64,000 nucleotides of DNA from Azolla caroliniana (lineage: Eukaryota; Plantae; Polypodiophyta): NCBI GenBank assembly GCA_043228905.1, contig JBHGNT010000011.1, positions 4,774,001-4,838,000 of the forward strand, in the 5' to 3' direction. Made by a program: the position numbers and the translations under genes. Numbering within the stretch: position 1 is the stretch's first letter; each line of letters opens with the position of its first letter. The notes under the pieces are model-generated. The model did not search any database and was not told the origin of the DNA. It worked only from the letters and a program-made list of their open reading frames with translations. Below, piece by piece: positions 24,407 to 36,770 of the stretch.

Positions 24407-27249
24407 ATGGATCGATCGAGCTCTCGCCGAGGTGTTCTTACGGCACCTCATAGCCCCATTGGAAGCCCTTTTAGATGGAAATCCATCTCTAATCTACTTG
24501 GGAAAGGATCCTCTAACATTGGTAAAAAGCAGCAGCAGCAGCAAACACAACAACAAAATCAGCATGGACATTGGACTACATTCTTTCACAGAACTGCACC
24601 ATCAAGTCCTCGCGAAGAGCAATTTTCCACGGCCCCGCAATTAAACTTGCGAAGTAAAACTGTGCACTACATTGAAGAGATCGAGGTCTCGGATCAAACA
24701 AAATTCGGAAACAGGCTAGGCTCGATCGATAATCATCATCATCATCATGAGAATGACTATATTAACATGACCATCGAAGCTAGTCACGAGCGCATCGCAT
24801 CCACGACAATGACAAGTTCTTCCAAAGGCTTCAATCAAAGCAAGAAAGATAAGGTTCGGCATCGGAAGAGTCATAGCCATGAGGGCTGCGAGTTATCGTC
24901 ATGGAGCTTACACCCTACCAAAGAACAGGAATCTTGTGCTAATTTGCCCAATTTATCAAGTGATAACAATGCTAATCTTGGGCCTTTGTTTCTCAAGCTC
25001 GCAACCGCCATGTATTTGGCTGGCGACGATTCTACCAAGTCATTAGAATGTGCTGCTCGGGCCGCAAAATTGATAGCCATGTCGGGCCAACCAAAGGATC
25101 ATGCCAACATAGCAAAGAGCTTTCACATTCTTGCATCTATTCATTGTAGGTTGGGTCAATACGAAGAGGCGGCCGAAGCTCTAGGCCGAGCAACTCAAAT
25201 AATAATGCGTTTCTCGGCCAACCAACGTCACCACTCCATTATCGAAAGTGCCGATGAAAGTGATGTCCACTATTTGCACTCTTCTTTCTTGATCAATATG
25301 CAACTTGGGGATGTGTTAATGATGGTCGGGCACCAAACCGAAGCATTAGCATCTTATAACAAAGCATATGGTGCTCAAACTAGGGCTCTCGGAGTGAATG
25401 ACCCTCGAGTGGGACGGACTTGTCGATACTTAGCCGAAGCATACTTGCAGGTCTCTTTCTCACAAATATATGTATGTACTAGGGGATGGTTTATGGGGGT
25501 GTCTTTTGTATGCTCGTAGTGATATCATTCTAAATGTTAAACATGGCACATAAGAGGTTTCTAGCCATGTTGCTCCTTTGGCATATGTGAAGAGCTAATT
25601 ACCCACTTTCCCTTAAGATTCTTCTACATTGGTCAAGATTATGTATGAGCTTCTTATGTAGGTGAGGTGTGTGAAAGCACACATTTTCCCTTATGTTTCA
25701 GCCCTCACCTATATAAGCTTACAAATTTTTCAAGGCAAAATACACATTCATGTAGGGGAGGGAAATTGGAATGTCTGAAGAATTCTTTTCATACTTACTA
25801 TTGCATCAGAAGTATTAAATGCTAATATTATACTTTTTTCTATATACCCTTTTCTTGTAGGCACTACAATTAGAAGAAGCATCCCAATTTTGTAAGCAAG
25901 CACTCTCCATCCACATCGTGAATGGAAAGGCTGGTTCGGTCGAGGAGGCAATAGATAGGCAACTCATGGCACTCATCCTAAGGGAGAGTGGACAATACAA
26001 GCAAGCATTGGAACAACTTATCCAAGCGAATGTCGTGCTCACGGAGAATTGTCGAGCCGGTATCATCGATGTGGCTCTAGTCGACTTAAGCATCGGGGAG
26101 ATGTATATGGCCCTAGGACGTTATGACGAGGCCCTATTCTCGTATCAAAGGGCATTGAGTTTCTTCAAGTCGAGGTATGGAGAAGACCATGTAAGTGTGG
26201 CCCATGTCTATGTTAGGCTAGCCGAGCACTATGCAAAGACAGGTAAAGGAAGTGATGCCAAGTCATATTGTGAAAGTGCCTTAGGGATATATGGGAGGCA
26301 ACACGTGCACCATTCACGAGGGGAGCATGCCACAGGCTTGACCGAGCTTGCATTAGTTTATGAGAGAATGAATGAGCGGGAGCAAGCATTAACACTTCTC
26401 CAACGAGGTCTCGATATTCTCAAAGGTGTTCCCGGCCATCAAAGTGATGTACTTGGTATTGAAGGCCAAATGGGTGTTTTGTATTACGCCTTAGGACGGT
26501 ATGAGGAAGCTTTCGTGGCTTTTAATAACGCTGTGTCGAAGCTTAGAGCAGGAGGTGAGCATAAGTCGGCACTTGTGGGAAGCTTACTTAACCAAATGGG
26601 CTTGGCATGTCTCAGTTCAAACGACATTTACCAGTCGATAGATCTTTTCCTAGAAGCTAAGGCCATCTTTGAGGAGATGTGGGGGATTGAGCATGCTTAC
26701 ACACTTGCCGTGTTGAGCAATTTAGCCGGTGCTTACGATGCATTAGGCAGGTAAAATCATTTCCATAGTTTCATATATACATTGCAATAATGTGCTCTTA
26801 TACCATGTAAGGGTTCAGAATATACATTATGTAACATCATCGTTGTGCATGTTAGGGTATATATGTGTTAGTGCTTGTCCATATTTGTTTGTGTAATGAT
26901 ATTGTGGTTTAGCCATGTTCATGTTTATTCATATTTACATATTGCAGTAAGGTTCATAGGTACATTATGTAACAATGGTGTGGTTCTAGTATGTTAGGGT
27001 TCGTATATAACAACATTATGTTGTATGTGTCATTGTATTAATGTTGCTTCTTGGATGTATAGGTTAGAAGAAGCCATTGGTCTACTAGAGAGTATAGTAA
27101 TGATTAAAGAGGAGTGTTTGGGCACGATGCACCCTGATACAGAAGAGGAGAAACGTAGACTTGCGGATTTGTTGAGCGAGACTGGGCGCGAACGAGTCCA
27201 GAAAACCAATACCTTAAAAGACCTCTTATTCCATAGTGTTTGTGCATAA
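24407..27249 (+). CDS. Kinesin-light-chain-related TPR protein (KLCR/CMU-like), ~706 aa, 3 coding exons: 24407-25450, 25861-26750, 27063-27249
   Basis: GT-AG introns join in frame (phase 0, then phase 2); family-typical motifs LGPLFLKLA, DPRVGRTCRYLAEAYLQ|ALQLEEA, GIEGQMGVLYY, LNQMGLAC, SNLAGAYDALGR|LEEAI..HPDTEEEKRRLADLL; possible 5' UTR intron from GTAAGT at ~23843. Confidence 0.9.
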
Positions 27250-29104
27250 AGAGTTCCTAATTAAACCATATATGATTCCATTGGTAGCAACACATTTGGA
27301 ATTGCTCAACACATTGCACTACAAACGTTCACATGTTCACGATGACGACATGGCTATGTACTCTTAATTGAGAATGTTTGTTATCAATAACTATTCTCTT
27401 TCAAGGTATGGAAGGAAAAGCTAAATCCTTTATGATCTTCCCTGTAGAGAAAAAATATTTGAACCATCTTTTGTTCCCATAATGAACCCCTTTTCCATAC
27501 ATTTTCAAATCTCGAGATCATAATATGCCATGTTCGTGTATTGAAAAGTGTATCAATCCTAATGTTTAAACCCCACAAGTGCCAACCCAATTTGTATTAG
27601 TCCCCATGAGATAAGAAACTTTCAACTTAATGAACAAACCACTACTAATGAGAAGAACCTTATCTTTGTTGTGGTGAAGGAGCGTTCCAAATTGTATGGA
27701 AATTATTTGCACTATTTCAGCATTATTAATTGTCTTGATGGGTGATTTTACAAAATTTTATTTCAAACATCGAAAAGAAGTTGTTATGGAGTCATATGCT
27801 TGACAAATGTATGGCAGACTAATTGCAAAAACAAATAGGTTTTTGATAGGTGAAGTCGAAGAATGTGTTACTTGTGAGTGAATGTGGTTGGTGAACAACA
27901 ATTTGAAGTTTTATCGAAATAAGATAACAAGATGAAATTTGTAAAGAATATATAACAAAAGGATAAGGTAAGCTAACAATTCTACATTACAATCATAATG
28001 CCATGGTAAATAGAGTCTTATCCATGATAGGAAACACATGGAAATCACCATCTACATATATGAACATCTATTGCCAATGTAATTCAGCTATATTAATGTC
28101 CTTTTGTCAACCAAAAGTTTTATAATGGCGTTGTAGTAATTTGCTTTTTACAAAACAATATTGGAAAACAAGAATATGAAGTTTTCAAATAAATTAAAAG
28201 ACAAGATCTCAAAACGATAAAATAGGTTACAATTCTTCATTGCAAGTTGTAAGCCCATAATAAATAACATTATGTGGTTTGTAGGAAACATTAGATCCAC
28301 TTCTACGTCCATGAATGTGGATTGACGATGTAATAATACTACATTAATCTTTTTGGGAAAAAAATAAAAAATAAAACTGCATTAATGTCTTGATAGAAGT
28401 AATCATAAAGATTTCTTGAAAATAGCACTAGCAATGTGAAAGCGCGATCTCTATACCCCAAATCAGAAATTTAATACATGGACTAGTTACAAAACGACAC
28501 ATATATATCTTGATATAATATTTGGTAGAATTGTCAAAATGTTGCGTATTAGGTTTCGATTTGCAACAATCATACTATTCATGCAGCGTGCAAAAGTAAA
28601 TTGCTATACAAGAATTGTTTTATTGAAATAATGCTACCTCAATTTTACATTCCTTCATTTAATTTATTTAGAGTATTAGAATTTAGAACTTAGCATGGGA
28701 TTCTTATTTTTGTCAACATAACCTCACCATCTAAGGTTTCACATTTATCATGACCGTTTTAAATATCTTACTTCTTATTGCTAATTATTTTAAGAAATTT
28801 GTAAACTCTTCCAAGTGTCTTTTTAAGGTTAATTGGCTATTGTTCCCATAAGAGATAAGTGTAACAAAAGTGCCGAATATACTTCCATATATAATAATCA
28901 TTCATAAAGTATATAACGGCGATGGTCAACACTTTTGTTCAATTCCATAATTTCATTGGCTATGTATTGTTAATAATGCACAGAGATATACCCTCAAAGT
29001 CTTATTAGAAAGGATGCAATTTGATTTGAAAGTGAACAACGTTTTCCAATTAGATAACATCTTTTTATGCTTTATAGTGACCCTCATAAGATAATATTCA
29101 AATG

Positions 29105-29622
29105 TGTTGCAAAATGGACTATAGATGGACGACAAAGATATCTTGAAATAGGATACAAAACAGAAAACAACAAAATACTTTACATGGAAACCCTAAAACA
29201 GGGAAAACCATGGCGCATTAGATCTTCACTATAAACAGGGGTACAGGAAGAACGAACAAATTACAACTCTCTTTGTAATTCAGAGGATACCCACTTAGGG
29301 TTCTTGGCAAGTTCCACTGAATTGTGCCGCCACACACTCTCTCTCACGTCCCTCTCTCGTGGGCCAATTTTGGCCTTAGAAGATGTTAATATATCTTTCT
29401 TTCTTTCTTTCACCACTATAGAAGCTCTATTCACATGTTACACACACACATTGTAAGTTTGCCCTAGCTATTCATATTTATAGGAGGGAATAAGTTATTG
29501 TTATTATTATTATTATTATTATATAATAATAATAGTCGTTAATTAGTGAAATGATCGATTTGACAGTCCGACCCACAAGTCGATAGTCTAATCGATTCGA
29601 CTAGCCGACTCCTTTGTCAACT
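29105..29622 (-). repeat. LTR-like remnant
   Basis: TGTTG at 29105 and CAACT at 29618-29622; shares TTTACATGGAAA..CC..AAAC..AGGGAAAA with the U5 of the solo LTR at ~29777; no TSD found. Confidence 0.5.
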
Positions 29623-29664
29623 GTCCAAGAGTGATACACAACGTTCTTGGCTAGATGCATGGTG

Positions 29665-30385
29665 TGACAGGAAGTACACGCTCCCGATGAACAACGCACG
29701 GCCACAACCGAGCCTAGAATAAAACACAAAAACAGGGAATGAAACACAACACGATAGAGAGAAGAGTACACATGATGTTTACATGGAAAACCCAAACTAG
29801 GGAAAAACCACGATAGCCCATAGGCTGCAAACTATCACTATGTTACAATGTACAACAGTAAAGCACCGAGGCAACAACCTCTCTCTCTCTCTCTCTGTAC
29901 ACAGTTGCGCGCACTAATCTTGCACCAACAAGAATAACAACAACATCATCTAAGTTTGCCCTAAGTCATATTTATACTAATATGAATTTTCGGCTATTTA
30001 CAAATATAGCCCCAATGGACTCTCAGAAAACCTATTTACGAATATATCCCTTCATTCGGTGAGCACTTCTCACCGGGCCTTCATCATCCGGCTCTTGCCG
30101 GGTACTCCTCATCCGGTTCTCACCGGGTCCTCCGTAGTCGGGTAATCCTCATCCGGCGCTTGCCGGGTACACCACATCCGGTTCTCACCAGGTCTTCACC
30201 ATCCGGCTCTTGCCGATTACTTGTCATCCGGTTCTCACCGGGTCTTCCGTTGCCGGGTACTTGTCATCCGGTTCTCACCGGGTCTTCCGTAGCCGGGCAG
30301 TCCACATTCGGTTTCGGCCTCGGCCGAGTTTACTCATCAGTACTGTTCTTCTCACTTCCCATCTGGAGGGACCTCTTTCCTAACA
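29665..30385 (-). mobile_element. Solo LTR (721 bp) related to the copia 4 LTR
   Basis: TG..CA ends, TSD TGGTG (29660-29664 and 30386-30390); removing it rejoins the host RNase H motif; ~40-bp CATCCGGTTCTCACCGGG tandem repeats at ~30070-30300. Confidence 0.9.
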
Positions 30386-31960
30386 TGGTGCTCTACCTAT
30401 CGCAGTGGAGCAAGAATTCTCCTTGCTTCATTCCTAGTTCACTAATAAATATCTTCATCCATATCATCTCCTTTCCGGCTTCCACCATAGCCATGCCTTT
30501 TTCCTCTATGGTCGACAAAGCCACAACCTTTTGCAGTCTTGACTACGACGACACTACTCCCCCTGCATAGGTCATCACATATCCTAATGTGGAACGGCTT
30601 GAGTCTACGTCCCCTGGCATGTCTGAATTGATAAAACCTTTGAGCGTAGGTTTTCTGAAACCATACCTACGACACACTCTTGAGGTGCGTTTCAAGTACC
30701 TGAGCTGCCCAGATTACTCATGTATCGGCTTATTCTTCCGACCGCAAATGCTATGTCTGGTCTCGTATAGACCATAACATACATCAAACTGCTGACAGCC
30801 GAGACATATGGTACTTTCCTCATCTCGGCGTTGTCCTTCTCCCCTTTTGGACATTGTCTAGCATTCAACTTGCAACTAGTCGGTAGTGCAAACCTAACTG
30901 GTTTTGCTTCCCACATGTTAAATCTTTCCAAAACCTTTGTCGCATACTTCTCTTATGGTCACAACCAAAGCACATTCTTAGTTGTGTCTCTAACTATGTG
31001 CATCCCCAATATTTGCGTTGCCGGTCCAAGATCTTTCATGGAAAATGACTTGCCTAGTGCTTTCTTCAAGCTCGCTATCTTCTTGGTGTCTTGTCCAACC
31101 ACTAACATGTCGTCAACATATAGCAAGAGAATCAAGAAGTCGCGTTCATCTTACCTTTTTACAAACACAGAGTGATCAATTTGTGTTTTATGGAACCCAT
31201 GTTCTAGCATGAAGGATTCAAACTTCTTGTACCATTGACGTGGAACTTGTTTTAGACCATACAAGCTTTTCCTTAGTCAACACACCAGATTCTCTTTTCC
31301 TTTCTCCACAAAGCCTTTGGGTTGATGCATATCGATTGCTTCGTCTAATTCCCCATGCAAGAATATTGTATTGATATCCAACTGTTTAATCTTCAGATCC
31401 ATGTGTACTATCTATGTATTGACGGAGTTAAACCCTCGATGTCGTTTGCGAAGTTCGGACCGGTGTATACCCTTTTGATGGTGAATCGGGCGGAGGTAGT
31501 TGTCAGGTACCTCCGAGCCAACCTCACACTCACTTAATGATTGGTAAATGATTAAGCACGATATCTCTCTCACTCTCTCTAGCTCTCTCTCATAAACAAT
31601 AGGTTAATAGATATAGACAATAAGAAGGAAGAGTATGTTTATTAACCCTCTTTGCTAAGAGGTCTAGTACCAACAAGGAGAGAGATTAGTGTTCTCTAAC
31701 TAAACACCTCACTAATCTCTCTTAAGCTCAAGCGTTACAAGAAGGAGGAGAGGAAGCTCTAGCTCTAATCAATAAGAGATCTTTACAAATGGGAGAACCC
31801 TTACAAAGCCACTACCATGTGGTTTATATAGCATTTACATTTAGAGTATGGACCTTTCACATTTTGATGTCCTTTAGCCCTCTTTCCTCTTCTCATTCCC
31901 TCTGTGTAGGTCCTTTAGCCATACTATGTCCTTGTTGATGCGCTCTTCTTCGTGACTGGT

Positions 31961-34900
31961 TGGGTGGTTTCACGCTCTGGAGTTCGTCGACATTGGTGGG
32001 GCGTGATTCGAGAGTTGTTGTAATGAGTTTCTTGGCCCTCACACCATTTGCAGTTTGGAAGGAAACAATGTTCTTGCTTGGCGACAGGAGACATTCGCTT
32101 ATGTGACACCAATCCAAACCGTGGAGGCACGGGGTGTACAACACTTTCAGTGGGAGGACCCAAACTCTAATTGAGTGGTCACTGTATTTTGTCTTGAGGT
32201 TACACATGAAGGTTTCGAGGCAGAGCGATGTAGAACCATCGAAGCCAAGGAATTTGTCATTGCATACTTCGAGGTTTGGGGAACCTAGATGTTCCCACGT
32301 TTCGAAGGAGAAAAGGGTTAGTGATGCTCTAGTGTCGACCACCGTTGTTAGAGGTACATTGTCAGCTAAGCATGGTAGATGCGTCGTTACGTCATTAGAG
32401 GTGTGTTGTGGTCTCTTACAAGCCACCGCCCTACTCCCTTGTTCATAGAGTCTGAATTGTTCCGGGAAGTCCACCTTTGTCGAGGTTCTGCCAAGTGGTC
32501 GCATCCTCTTCTTGGCGCAATATTCATTGCGTTAGGCCCGCGTCTCTTACGTCTGCCTGTTTTCGTCAGGGTACGAGAGTGGTGTCATTAAAACACGAGA
32601 TCGTGTCTCCATCCTCATCGCGACACATTGTACCAATAGGGTACTTTGCATCGGTCATGGCGAGGGCGTGCACCCAATTCATCTCTGATGCATCGGAGGC
32701 TACAGATTGGTCTTCTCTTTCTCCTACGTTCTCCGCCTTAGGATTAGTGGATTTTTGAGGAAACGGCTGACCGCTAGCCAAGATTGGGATTGTCTTTGTA
32801 GGGTTACATGCTAGGAGGTTGGTCTCGAACTAGGTGGTTTCTGACCAATCGTCGACGAGAGGGCTGCCTTCTTGTTCGTGCACCTTTTGTGTGTATGCTT
32901 TGATGCGGAAGGTTTTGTTGTTTTTGCGCATATAGATTGTATCATTCCCAAAATCCATGACAAGGCGGCTTATACATAGGAATGGTCTCCCTAATAAACA
33001 CTCGTAAGCCACATGACTGGATGATCTTGCGACGACGAAGTTGAGATTGAACTCGACCCCGTGGATAGTGAAGTGGTGTGCAGGGATCATGCCTTCTGAC
33101 CGTTGGATAGACCCATCTGCCATTCGGAGTTTGACGTCCAAAGGAAACATTTTTGGGCTCCCCCACTTACACCAGCATTCGTAGCTGACTATGCTTACCC
33201 CCGCTCCAGTGTCGATGATCGCGTCACACGTCATGCCGTTGACGCAGACGGGGAGAGTGAAACTAGTGTCGTCGCTCTCGAAGTGAGCTTCACATATATC
33301 GACCGGCATTCCTTCGGGTTGTTTGGAGACTGTGGTCATATGAGGGATGAGTGTGTGTATCTTTTCTCCATAACCCGCTGACAGGCCTCCATTGAGGCGC
33401 CGAAGGACGTCATGGCATGGTTGGATGTCGAGTTTGAGCAGCACTTCAAGTGTGAACTCTATTTCCTTGGCGAGTATAGGTTGTAGTTGGGGGTTGTCAA
33501 TCACGAAGGTGCCAGTGTAGCTTTGTACTTCGCGTAATGTGAGTCGTAATTTTAAATTTAATATTTGTTCGAGCAAGACTGTGTTGACTTCTTTGATTAG
33601 GGTAGATTGGGAGATGGGAGTGTCGGTTGGTGTTATGACGAGGGAGGGTGTACTTGTGTGTTGGGGTGGAGGATTTACCCATTCTTCGATTTGGTTGAAG
33701 TTTAGGCTCGGGAGACTAAGCGATCTTTCACCTTGTTCGTGTTGGATGAGTTTGATGTACTCTTCGACCTTTTGTTTTTCAACCGCTGGGTTTGGGTATG
33801 TTGTTAGGTGTGCCGGCCACTCTTGGTTAGGGTTGACAGGTATTGTTTCTACGTCTCCCTCCGGTTCTTGTTCTTGCTTTGAGGTTTGCGTGGATGCATT
33901 TTTTTGGGATTTTCGTCTCTTACGCATAGTCGTGGGGAGGCCTTGGCCGTGACACTTTAAGTTATGAGCTACTCTTTGAGCTCGTGTGATGACGTTGGCG
34001 CCAACCGTTGATGGTATGATAGATAATAGATTTGCACCAATCCTTTTCTTTTTTTCTGGGCAATCGGGTACTAAGTGATCTTTACCACACCTTGGGCACG
34101 ATGCTTCTCTTTGGAACCACTCGATAAGGTCATGTGACTGTTGGGTGAGACTTGGCACCGGTGGTTGTGGGGGGTGTTTCGAGTGAGGGGTATCATGGTC
34201 GTTGTGCCATCCGGTTGTAGTATTCATGTTTGGTTGGGCACTCGCTAACCATGTGTGGGCCTTGGCTATTGAAACATTTCAATTCTGGTCTCCTTAGACC
34301 ACTATTGTTGCGATATCCCGTCAATGGCCCCTGTTGTTCTCCTCTCAAGATGTAGACTGGTATTTGGTCTCCTTCGAAGTCAACAAAGTGGGAAAGTACC
34401 TCTTCTTCAACACCATACCCATGGTATGCTTCATATTCGGGGGTGCTCCTCCCAACCTGAGTTTGGTTATCAGTGGTATATTCTAATTCGGCGAGGTGAG
34501 TACCGATACGCGGTAGTGGGGGTTGTTGGGGCAATATTGTTGGTAGTTGTGGGCGGCTAAACGGTGGAGGTGAGCGTGGACGCTCTACCATTGGTGTTTG
34601 GCTATACCTTCTGTTTGTGGCTTGCCAACAGTTCTCTTGAGAATGCATCACGAAAGCTTTGCACCACCTACAATATTGCGGCCATTGTTGGTGGAGGCCA
34701 TGGCATACTGTACGCCTTACATTTTCTCTTTGGGCGTATGCTTGGGGTCTTTCTATACGGGGTGGTCTCGGTGGCATGGTTAGAGTGGCGTATGAGGGCT
34801 TCTCACAGTTGTTCGTAGGCGCTTGAGTGGGTATCCGTAACCCGCTCATTGAATCCTCAAAGGTCATCACTACCGTGCAAGCTTCAACGAATGACCGACA

Positions 34901-36025
34901 CATCTTGGCAATCAGGAAGTTTTGGAGCATAGGATCGAACAACCCATTGATGAAGCAGCTCATCAATTTGTCTTCCGACATCTTGTCGCTCAGACTACAA
35001 CGATGGTGTAGGATTTTCGTGCGACGTATGTAGTCCCTAACCGTTTCGTTCGCTTCTTGCTTGAGGGAGAAAAGTTGGTCAATAGGGTTCCATTTATTCC
35101 CTCGACGAGCGAAGTTTATCAAGAAATCTTCGACGACATACTCGAAATCCACGACGATGTCTTCATTCAAGGTTCGAAACCAAATTCCAGCTTGGTCATC
35201 AAGTGTAAGCCCAAATGCGGCTACCTTGGTGATCTCTATGAGGGGTCCATAAGCGCGACAGATCTGTTTGAACCTCTCGACGTGATCATAAGCGTCACCG
35301 AAACCAAGAAAACGGGGTACTAGTTTAGAAATGGAAGCACTCTTCCCGTTGTCGTTTGTAGGGTTTCTTGAATGGTCTGTGGGTGCTCGCTCTTTTTCCA
35401 TCAATGCCACGAGAGTTTGGATGGATTGTAATGCTAGTGCGAGTTTGGCGTTTGGGGATGGCGAGGCAGTTTGGTCGGGTGTAGGGGTCGTGGCCATACG
35501 TGGTGGTGTCGGGTGTCGTTGCGTGTGGGCTTCATTTGGATTGTCGCCCGTTGTGCTCGAATGCAGCGCGAGGCTGCGCTCACGGCCTCGACGGTGTGTA
35601 TGCGACGATGCTTCTAGGAGGTGAAGTTTCTGTTGCACTCATGCGAATCTGTCTTTCCTTTCTGCCAAAGCGGCTTCGATATCTCGGGTGATGCTTTCCG
35701 GTTGTCCTCCTTTTGCGAGTTGTACTGTCCATATATTGATTTCCTGTTCTATCACCCGTAACTCTTGTGCGGCATCCCATATGTGTCGCTCTACGTTGAG
35801 TGGATCTGCCATTGGGCTCTCTTGTAGTGGGGGTGTGGTGAGAGGTGCTTTAGTTGCTGGGCTCAATGGGAGGTTCATGTTTGGTAGCGTCCCCGGAGTT
35901 AACCACCCTCCGTGGTATCGAGTCGGGTTAGATGGGTCATCACCGTGTGTTTGGTTGGTTTGGGTGGACTCTTCCTGGCGTGTAAGTCGGTTTTTGAACA
36001 TATCTGTCCATGAGGATCCGGCCAT
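31961..36025 (-). pseudogene. gag, zinc knuckles and two aspartic-protease-like domains
   Basis: ORF 35639-36025 continues in frame past a TGA into retrotransposon gag 34193-35638; CPRCGKDHLVPDC and AIIDTGAGVSIV in 32830-34227; TVVDTRASLTLF in 31893-32504. Confidence 0.85.
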
Positions 36026-36049
36026 GTTTTCTTGTCAAGCTTTTGTAGG

Positions 36050-36265
36050 TTCGTCGAACTTTGAATCTTTCGTCGAATGATGAACCTTCGTAGAATGAAG
36101 TGAACCTTTGTCGAATGATGAACCTTCATCGAATGATTTGAACCTTCGTCGAATGGTGAACCTTTGTGGAATGATGAACCTTCGTCGAATTGTGAACCTT
36201 TGTCAAATGATGTGAACCTTCGTGGAATGGTGAACCTTCGTGGAATGATGTGAACCTTCGTCGAA
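36050..36265. repeat. 18-20 bp tandem repeat in the gypsy 5' leader
   Basis: TGAACCTT(C/T)GT(C/G)GAAT(GA) repeated about 10 times. Confidence 0.9.
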
Positions 36266-36471
36266 GGTTGCTTCCCTTATCGAAGGATGTTCTTTTGACG
36301 AACTTTGCGTGGGAAATTTGATTTTATTTTTTATTTTTTATTTTTGGCGCCAACGGTCGTTTCGTGTCCCGTGGGATGATCGTAAGCCGCAAGACTCGCG
36401 GTGGTTACGCTTGCCCTGTAACGGCTCAATCTCCACAATGTTTAGTGTTAATCGAACGAATAAACAAAACT

Positions 36472-36770
36472 CTACTTAATTAAACTATGAAATAGTGAGA
36501 GAAAAATAGAAAATCAACTTAATTAAACTATGAAATAGTGAGAGAAAAACAAAAAATCAACTTAATTGAACTATGAAATAGTGAGAAAAAACAGAAAATC
36601 AACTTAATTAAACTATAAAATTGTGAGAAAAAACAGAAAATCAACTTAATTAAACTATGAAATAGTGAGGAAAAACAGAAAATCAACTTAATTAAACTAT
36701 GAAATAGTGAGAGAAAAATGGAAAATCAACTTAATTGAACTATGAAATAGTGAGAAAAACAGAAAATAGT
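36472..36770. repeat. 43-bp AT-rich tandem repeat (about 7 copies) in the gypsy 5' leader
   Basis: ACTTAATTAAACTATGAAATAGTGAGAGAAAAACAGAAAATCA units. Confidence 0.9.

Noticed and set aside
27250-29100. Additional gene downstream of the KLCR-like gene
   Set aside because: AT-rich with only short ORFs and no recognisable motifs or consistent exon structure.
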